A stretch of DNA of 64,000 nucleotides from Bdellovibrionales bacterium (GTDB taxonomy: Bacteria > Bdellovibrionota > Bdellovibrionia > Bdellovibrionales > JAGQZY01): positions 1,728,001 through 1,792,000 of the forward strand of contig CAXRHT010000002.1 in the NCBI GenBank assembly GCA_964230645.1, read 5' to 3'. Below, piece by piece: positions 57,968 to 64,000 of the stretch; position 1 is the first letter of the stretch; each line of letters opens with the position of its first letter. The notes beneath the pieces were generated by a model. That model was given only the letters and a program-made list of their open reading frames with translations. It ran no database searches and was not told the DNA's origin. The position numbers were made by a program, and so were the translations under genes.

Positions 57968-58477
57968 TTAAGATCCACTCAATTTAAGAAGGGTGTCGAT
58001 GGACTTTTTCATCTCGTCGATGTTAAAGGGTTTTTTAATATAATCATCGGCACCAACTTCAAAACCTCTTTTCACATCCAGCTCACTGGTTTTTGCAGAA
58101 ACAAAGACCAAAGGAATTTCTTTTAAGTCCTTATGTTCTTTAAGAAGTTTTGCTAACTCAAATCCATTAATCCATGGAAGTCCAATATCAAGAATAATTA
58201 AATCAATGGGCTCATCATCAAGAACTGAGGATAATTGTGTTCCGTCAGCGGCCGCTCGAACTGTGTGTCCGTCCGCCTCAAATATTCTTGATAAAGCTCT
58301 ACGCATCGTTTCGTCATCTTCGATAACAAGAATGGTTTTGGGATTTTTAGTTGATTTCAAATCTCGGTACTGGCCGAGATCGACCACATTCTCTTTGACG
58401 ATGCGGTCGCGGGTGATTTTCTCGATTTTTTTAACTAGATCTTCCGTATTGATCTTTTTTGCCACCAATGCCTCCAA
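57968..58477 (-). CDS. Single-domain response regulator with N-terminal extension
   Basis: ILVIEDD, LIILD, VSA, YIKKPF. Confidence 0.9.
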   Translation of the reverse strand: MEALVAKKINTEDLVKKIEKITRDRIVKENVVDLGQYRDLKSTKNPKTILVIEDDETMRRALSRIFEADGHTVRAAADGTQLSSVLDDEPIDLIILDIGLPWINGFELAKLLKEHKDLKEIPLVFVSAKTSELDVKRGFEVGADDYIKKPFNIDEMKKSIDTLLKLSGS

Positions 58478-58490
58478 ATTTTATTGGGCC

Positions 58491-59420
58491 TCAGTGGTTA
58501 TTTTCCTCTAACCAGCGCTCACAATCAATAGCTGCCATACATCCTGTACCTGCGGCCGTAATTGCTTGACGATATTTGTCGTCAGCTACGTCTCCTGCGG
58601 CGAAGACACCTTCGACGGAAGTCTTGGCACTGTGAGGAACTGTCTCAATATAACCCACCTCATTGGTTTTGAGCTTATCTTGGAACAGATCTGTGTTGGG
58701 TTTATGACCAATGGCTATAAAGACTCCTTCACACTTCACGTCCTGGACCTCGCCGGTCTCAGTGTTCTTGATTTTAGCGGATTCCACTAGATTTTCGCCC
58801 ACAACCTCTTGAAGCTCGGAGTTCCACATCACTTCGATTTTCTCGTGATTCAGGGCTTTATCGGCCATGATCTTACTGGCTCGGAATTCATCGCGACGGT
58901 GAACGATAATAACTTTTTTAGCAAAACGAGTGAGAAATGTGGCCTCTTCCATTGCGGTATCCCCACCACCAATCACGATGACGGTTTGATCTTTAAAGAA
59001 AGCGCCATCACAAGTGGCACAAGCCGAAACACCACGACCAAGAAGACGTTTTTCTGATTCAAGGCCTAGATACTTCGCACTGGCTCCGGTAGATATGATG
59101 ATCGATTTTGTTTGATACTCCTCTTCCCCAATCCACAGTTTAAAAGGTCTTTGGGTGAGATCCACTTTCGTGACATTCTTAGAAATAAAACGAGTTCCAA
59201 ATCTCTCGGCTTGTTTTTTAGTCACCTGCATAAGGTCAGGCCCCATAATCCCTTCGGGAAAGCCTGGAAAGTTTTCAACGTCAGTGGTGGTCATTAACTG
59301 TCCACCCACTTCTTCGCCTTCAATCATAAGGGGCTCTAATAGAGCGCGCGAGGCGTAAATGGCGGCTGTTAATCCGGCCGGTCCTGATCCAACAATAATC
59401 ACGTTTTCAACTTTACTCAT
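58491..59420 (-). CDS. trxB: Thioredoxin-disulfide reductase
   Basis: GSGPAG, CATCDG, GGGDTA.EEA, GD......RQA.TAAG.G. Confidence 0.97.
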   Translation of the reverse strand: MSKVENVIIVGSGPAGLTAAIYASRALLEPLMIEGEEVGGQLMTTTDVENFPGFPEGIMGPDLMQVTKKQAERFGTRFISKNVTKVDLTQRPFKLWIGEEEYQTKSIIISTGASAKYLGLESEKRLLGRGVSACATCDGAFFKDQTVIVIGGGDTAMEEATFLTRFAKKVIIVHRRDEFRASKIMADKALNHEKIEVMWNSELQEVVGENLVESAKIKNTETGEVQDVKCEGVFIAIGHKPNTDLFQDKLKTNEVGYIETVPHSAKTSVEGVFAAGDVADDKYRQAITAAGTGCMAAIDCERWLEENNH

Positions 59421-59528
59421 AAGAGTCTCCTCAGGTTCTTTGGGTGGAATTTTCCCTTTTAATAGGAACTCTTCCTACCACAAAAGCCCCCAGTGCTCAC
59501 TTAAGTGCCCGATTTCGGAAATGATGTG

Positions 59529-60203
59529 TCAGACGTTGAGCTCAAAGATTTTAGGCCCTGAGAGATCCTCGGCCCAATCAAAGAACACTTTCGCTGCATC
59601 CTCAGGCTTCACGATACTCTCCCCTTGCACTCGTGGTTTGGCATTTTTAGGAAGCATGGAAGTGTCCATATAGCCCGGGCGAAAGAGCCTCAAATCAAGA
59701 GGGTGCTTTTCAGCAATGGTGGATTCCACGGCTCCCTTGAGTCCATGTTTGGCCCCGGCGTAACTGGCTGAAAAGGGGTCGGCTTGAGAATCGGCTAACT
59801 GAGAACCAATACAGATGAACTGTTTCACTGAGCTTAACTCTCGTTGGGAAAGACAAGCATGGATGAGCTTCAGGGGACTCAAGAAACTCACATTGATTCC
59901 CCACATATGGTCTTTCCAAGCCTTTTCACTAAAGAGACCAAATGGGCCCCCTCCTGCAAAATAAAAAATGCGGCGAACTTCCTTTTCTTTTAACTCTTTT
60001 ATCAAAGGCTCAAGCTGGTCTGTTTTGGAAAGATCAAACGGAAACACCTCTGAGGGCCTTGAGATCTGAGAGGAAAGCTCCTCCATCTGCGTTTTCGCCC
60101 TTGAGACTAATAGGAATGAGGCTTCAGAACTTCTGAGGTCAAAGCACTCAACGGCCGCTCGGCCTAACCCTCTGGAGCTTCCTAAAAAAGCGATTGTTTC
60201 CAT
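59529..60203 (-). CDS. Short-chain dehydrogenase/reductase
   Basis: GSSRGLG, YAGAK (YxxxK), PGYMDT. Confidence 0.85.
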   Translation of the reverse strand: METIAFLGSSRGLGRAAVECFDLRSSEASFLLVSRAKTQMEELSSQISRPSEVFPFDLSKTDQLEPLIKELKEKEVRRIFYFAGGGPFGLFSEKAWKDHMWGINVSFLSPLKLIHACLSQRELSSVKQFICIGSQLADSQADPFSASYAGAKHGLKGAVESTIAEKHPLDLRLFRPGYMDTSMLPKNAKPRVQGESIVKPEDAAKVFFDWAEDLSGPKIFELNV

Positions 60204-60248
60204 AAGGCGAAATAGATAACATAGGTCGCGAAAAAGGTCCCTAAGAAA

Positions 60249-60533
60249 ATGGCCAAGATAAATTGTCCACAACTCAACCGCGTCTTTGATTACGATCCGA
60301 AACTTTCGGTCATGGACAACCTTTTGAAAAAGGGCATTCCAGTTGCCAGCAGTTGTGGTGGCGACGGTATCTGTGGAAAATGCCGCATGAAAGTTTTCAC
60401 CCCCGATGAGCTTCCCGCCGCTTCTGAATTAGAAAAGAATACATTGAAGAAAAACAATGCCGAAGCGGGTGAACGCTTGAGTTGCCAGCTCTTTGTAAAA
60501 GGCAATGTGATGTTAGAGACCACTTATTGGTAG
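60249..60533 (+). CDS. 2Fe-2S ferredoxin
   Basis: CGGDGICGKC...RLSCQ. Confidence 0.92.
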   Translation: MAKINCPQLNRVFDYDPKLSVMDNLLKKGIPVASSCGGDGICGKCRMKVFTPDELPAASELEKNTLKKNNAEAGERLSCQLFVKGNVMLETTYW

Positions 60534-60589
60534 TTGAAGACTTGCTTTTCCAGAAGAGACTGCTAGTCTTTTCTGTCACTGGAGTCGCC

Positions 60590-61030
60590 ATGAAAATCTT
60601 ATTATTAATTTTTGTTTTTCATTTTTCTTCCACGAGCTTAAAAGCACAACTGCTCGATCAAGGTGGATACTATCAAACCGGTGAGTTTTTCCAAAAATAC
60701 GAGAAGTTAAAAAAGAAAGCTCTCAAAGAAAAAAAGCCCATCGTTTTATTGGCGGGATTTAAAGGGTGTACCGGATGTGAGGTTTTGAAAGAGCGAATGG
60801 ACAAGAACAAAAAGTCCTATGATGCTGTCGCATTTTATATGCCCATTTCGATTTTAAGTGGTGATAGTCGTTTCTTTTATACAACATTGGGCATCAAAGA
60901 AATTTCTTCGGCTCCCCAGTCTTTTGTTATTGATCCTATCAAAGGAAAAGCCAAGAAATTAGATGGTACTTATCCTGAAAATATCAAGAAGTTAGCTCAG
61001 AATATTAATTGGTCTCAAAAAAATAAATGA
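60590..61030 (+). CDS. Secreted thioredoxin-fold protein
   Basis: Signal peptide; KKPIVL...CTGC; AP cis-Pro-like motif; GGAG RBS. Confidence 0.7.
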   Translation: MKILLLIFVFHFSSTSLKAQLLDQGGYYQTGEFFQKYEKLKKKALKEKKPIVLLAGFKGCTGCEVLKERMDKNKKSYDAVAFYMPISILSGDSRFFYTTLGIKEISSAPQSFVIDPIKGKAKKLDGTYPENIKKLAQNINWSQKNK

Positions 61031-61162
61031 AAGACGCAATCCTCTTATAGGTTTGCTTGAGCACTCTTTAATTTTATTAAGAAGTTCTTCCAAAAAAATG
61101 CACCACGGGCGTCTATGTGAGGTCCTCTTCATTTTTTTATGGGAACTCAAAGTTCGAAAAAA

Positions 61163-61831
61163 TTAAAATTTAGGTTTTCCTAAGACACAAATATAAATTG
61201 GCTGACCTTTATTTAGAAACAGCGACTCAAAGTGAGTGACAAAATTTTGCTTTTGACGTGAAGACTTATGGAGGTCTTCGGAATAAAAAGAAATCGTGAA
61301 AGGGCTTTTGCGAAAGTATTGAACAGCCCATCTAAAATAGGGATAGTCATCTGTTTTGAACTCTACAAAAGAGCCCGGCTTCATCACAGAGTACATATCT
61401 AAAAGAAATTGAGTCTGAATCAATCGATTTTTGTGGTGCCTTGGCTTTGGCCACGGATCGGGGAAATGAATATACACATTATTGATCTCCTCGGGAGCGA
61501 AGAGCTCTGTGATTTTTTCTGCTCGAATACGGGCCATGCGTGCATTACGACAGCCCGCTCTTAGAGAACGCCTAATCGATTGCACCAGGGTTTTAAATTT
61601 TAATTCCAAACCGATAAATTTTCTTTCGGGATGAGATTCGGTGAGTTGGGCAAAATGAGTTCCATTGCCGGTGCCAATTTCTAAATCAATGGGTACTTCG
61701 GGACCACATTCAAAAACTTCTTCACGCCACTTTCCCTTATTCTCAACGGCTTGCTTATCAAAGGACCAATCTTTGAATTCAGTGTACATCAACTCAACAT
61801 AGGGATTCGTTTCACATGACTTGTTTTCCAT
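61163..61831 (-). CDS. trmB: tRNA (guanine-N7)-methyltransferase
   Basis: LEIGTGNG, FPDPWPK.RH.K.RL, KTD...Y, T.FE. Confidence 0.95.
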   Translation of the reverse strand: MENKSCETNPYVELMYTEFKDWSFDKQAVENKGKWREEVFECGPEVPIDLEIGTGNGTHFAQLTESHPERKFIGLELKFKTLVQSIRRSLRAGCRNARMARIRAEKITELFAPEEINNVYIHFPDPWPKPRHHKNRLIQTQFLLDMYSVMKPGSFVEFKTDDYPYFRWAVQYFRKSPFTISFYSEDLHKSSRQKQNFVTHFESLFLNKGQPIYICVLGKPKF

Positions 61832-61868
61832 TGACAGTTCTCTAACAAAGGCTTTTGATACAGGCAAT

Positions 61869-63515
61869 ATGTTGAAAATCTTTTTATCCCTATTAGTCAC
61901 CTTTGGTTGTAGTTTTCCCTCTTTGGCTGTTCCCATGGTCGGTCATAAAATGATGGTTTCCTCTCCTACTCCTCTTTCGGCCCAAATTGGAAAGGAAATC
62001 ATCAAGAAAAAAGGCAATGTCGTGGATGTGGCCGTGGGCATGGCTCTGGTACTCTCAGTGACCAATCCCCGCCATGCAGCGCTAGGTGGTGGTGGTTTTG
62101 CGCTTGTGAAAATGGGAAAAGATCCTGTGAAGGCCCTAGATTTTCGTGAAGTCGCACCCGCCAAGATGGGAAAAGATTTTTACACGAAAAATAAAAAGCG
62201 CTCTTCTTTAAAGGGGCCCCATGCCGTCGGTGTTCCGGGAATTCCCGCAGGCCTATGGGCTCTTCACAAAAAATACGGCAAACTTCATTGGTCACAACTT
62301 TTTGATCGCCCCATCGAGCTCGCTCACAAAGGTCATCATATATCGGGCGAAAATGCTTCACGCCTCAAGGGCATCGCTTCTGAACTCAATAATCATGGTA
62401 GAACGCATTTTCTTATTAATGGAAAACCTCCCCTTCCAGGACAGTGGGTACGTCAGAAGGGCTTGGCCAAAGCTTTAAAGCTTATGCGTAATCGAGGGAT
62501 CACTCCTTTTTATGAAGGTCAAATAAGCTACGACATCACCAACACTCTGACTAAAGCCGGCGGTGTCATGACCAGAAAGGATCTTCAAGACTACAAAGTG
62601 CGCTGGCTTGAGCCCTTAACCAAAACTTTTAAGGGTCACACTCTTTACCTAATGCCTCCTCCCTCTAGCGGCGGACTCATAATTAGTTCAAGTCTTAGTA
62701 TGTTTGAAAAACTTAAAACCACAAAGCTTGAACCCATGAGTACGCAAGAGGTGCACCAATTTGCTGAAGTTCTAAAAATTAATTTTCGCAATAGGAACCT
62801 GCTCGGAGATCCCGACTTTGTTAAAAATCCAATGGATACATTTACCGATGAAAAGTCCATTGCCGAATGGGTGAAAAAAATTGAAGACGACGAAGTTTTA
62901 GAGCTTGAAGACGTCAGACCACAAGAATTCAAAGAGTCTAACCAAACCACTCACTTAAGTGTTCTAGATGCTCAAGGAAACGCTGTATCTATGACTCTTA
63001 CACTTAACGGAACTTTTGGCTCAAAGATGGCCACTGAAAAGTTTGGTATCGCCTTAAACAATGAAATGGATGATTTCACCACTCGGCCTGGAAAAGCCAA
63101 TCTTTTTAAACTTAAACAAGGATTAAACAACCTCGTTGAACCTGGAAAAAGACCCTTAAGCTCTATGTCCCCTACCTTAATCGCCAAAGGTAAAGACATC
63201 GTCGGAACTCTCGGAGCCCCCGGAGGTCCGAGAATCATCACGGGTGTATTGATGAGTGTTTATCGTCTCTTGAATAATGACTACAATATTGAAGAGGCCA
63301 TTCATGCACCAAGGGTTCATCATCAATTTAAGCCAAACATCCTCTATCTCGACGAAAAGAAATGGCCTCCCCTTTCCATTAAAGCTCTAAGAAAACTCGG
63401 CCACATTGTTGAATTTGGCTGGCAATCAAGAGTCAATGGAGTCACTAAAAACGACGAGGGTCTTCTGGAAGCGGCTTACGATTTCCGTGCTGAGGGTGGC
63501 GCAGACGGTATTTAA
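61869..63515 (+). CDS. ggt: Gamma-glutamyltransferase
   Basis: LGGGGF, DFRE.AP, PPPSSGG, TTHLSV nucleophile, LNNEMDDF, PLSSMSP. Confidence 0.96.
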   Translation: MLKIFLSLLVTFGCSFPSLAVPMVGHKMMVSSPTPLSAQIGKEIIKKKGNVVDVAVGMALVLSVTNPRHAALGGGGFALVKMGKDPVKALDFREVAPAKMGKDFYTKNKKRSSLKGPHAVGVPGIPAGLWALHKKYGKLHWSQLFDRPIELAHKGHHISGENASRLKGIASELNNHGRTHFLINGKPPLPGQWVRQKGLAKALKLMRNRGITPFYEGQISYDITNTLTKAGGVMTRKDLQDYKVRWLEPLTKTFKGHTLYLMPPPSSGGLIISSSLSMFEKLKTTKLEPMSTQEVHQFAEVLKINFRNRNLLGDPDFVKNPMDTFTDEKSIAEWVKKIEDDEVLELEDVRPQEFKESNQTTHLSVLDAQGNAVSMTLTLNGTFGSKMATEKFGIALNNEMDDFTTRPGKANLFKLKQGLNNLVEPGKRPLSSMSPTLIAKGKDIVGTLGAPGGPRIITGVLMSVYRLLNNDYNIEEAIHAPRVHHQFKPNILYLDEKKWPPLSIKALRKLGHIVEFGWQSRVNGVTKNDEGLLEAAYDFRAEGGADGI

Positions 63516-63609
63516 CATCAGAAGTTAAAAGAAAAGCAACTCTTAGTCTCAATTTAATACAAAAAATCAATTAATTTAATTTCAATTACAATGATCCGAT
63601 AATTTTAAC

Positions 63610-64000
63610 ATGTGTGGCACGTATAGATGGATTAAATGGGTAGTTATATCAATAGGCCTTTGCTCTTGTGCATTGGACTCAACTCTTCCTTTTCAGGCTG
63701 CTCAGGACGGCCTTCCCCCTGCCTCTCCTAATATTACCTGTGCTGATGAAGCCGATCATTCCGATTTTCAAACAGGCAGTGGTACTACTAGCTCGCCCTA
63801 TCTTATCTGCACTCCACAACAACTTTTAAAACTCAGCGAAGACTCTCTTTATTGGCAAAGCCACTTTGAACTTGGAGACAATATCGACCTTTCTGGTGAG
63901 GCCTGGGAGGGTATTGGTTTTTACGATGATAATGACAGTAGCACGCGGATCCCTTTTACTGGTAGCTTCGATGGAAACAACTATAAAATTCAAAACCTAG
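63610..64000 (+). CDS. Putative lipoprotein with GLUG/M26-type beta-helix N-terminus (runs off window end; not in ORF track)
   Basis: MCGTYRWIKWVVISIGLCSC...GSGTTSSPYLICTPQQL...DIDL-like NIDLSG...PFTGSFDGNNYKIQNL. Confidence 0.75.
   Translation, partial: MCGTYRWIKWVVISIGLCSCALDSTLPFQAAQDGLPPASPNITCADEADHSDFQTGSGTTSSPYLICTPQQLLKLSEDSLYWQSHFELGDNIDLSGEAWEGIGFYDDNDSSTRIPFTGSFDGNNYKIQNL

Noticed and set aside
763..63241. Numerous 60-140 aa antisense or alternate-frame ORFs in the track
   Set aside because: They are nested within well-supported genes and lack motifs or RBS; shadow ORFs
1..64000. tRNA, rRNA, transposase, integrase or prophage genes
   Set aside because: None recognised by eye; tRNAscan/Infernal were not run, so small RNAs could be missed

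Overview
This 64 kb window is gene-dense bacterial chromosome of moderate-to-low GC (judged by eye). Gene content and protein style suggest a Bdellovibrionota-type bacterium; this is an inference. Most of it is housekeeping and accessory metabolism: rlmI-like (truncated), typA, acs, an LPS/glycosylation trio, an ABC1 kinase, an Fe-S-less (6-4)-photolyase-type protein, dps, thiolase, cobB, lemA/TPM/TPM, lipA-E2-lpdA-lipB, sfsA, dsbA, isoprenoid kinase-pssA-asd, truA-rplM-rpsI, PP2C, a TonB-like protein, AceE-type E1, an Opp/Dpp ABC transporter, YyaL, an SSS symporter, trxB, ferredoxin, trmB and ggt, mixed with many orphan secreted or lipoproteins. I see no rRNA, tRNA, CRISPR array, transposase, integrase, prophage or recognisable defence island. 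The most notable non-standard signals are: (1) three intergenic GTCAT-tagged palindromic repeats with arm copies that degenerate outward; (2) recurrent sigma28/FliA-like promoters, three of them exactly 7 nt before SD-less ATGs, suggesting leaderless mRNAs; (3) a CFI-box-CTERM protein coupled to a repeat-bearing outer-membrane barrel; (4) a GT-C/GT2/GT9 locus that could decorate LPS or lipid A; (5) a stand-alone secreted toxin-like domain; (6) several small or non-canonical-start ORFs missing from the ORF track. None can be proven to be a new system from sequence alone.
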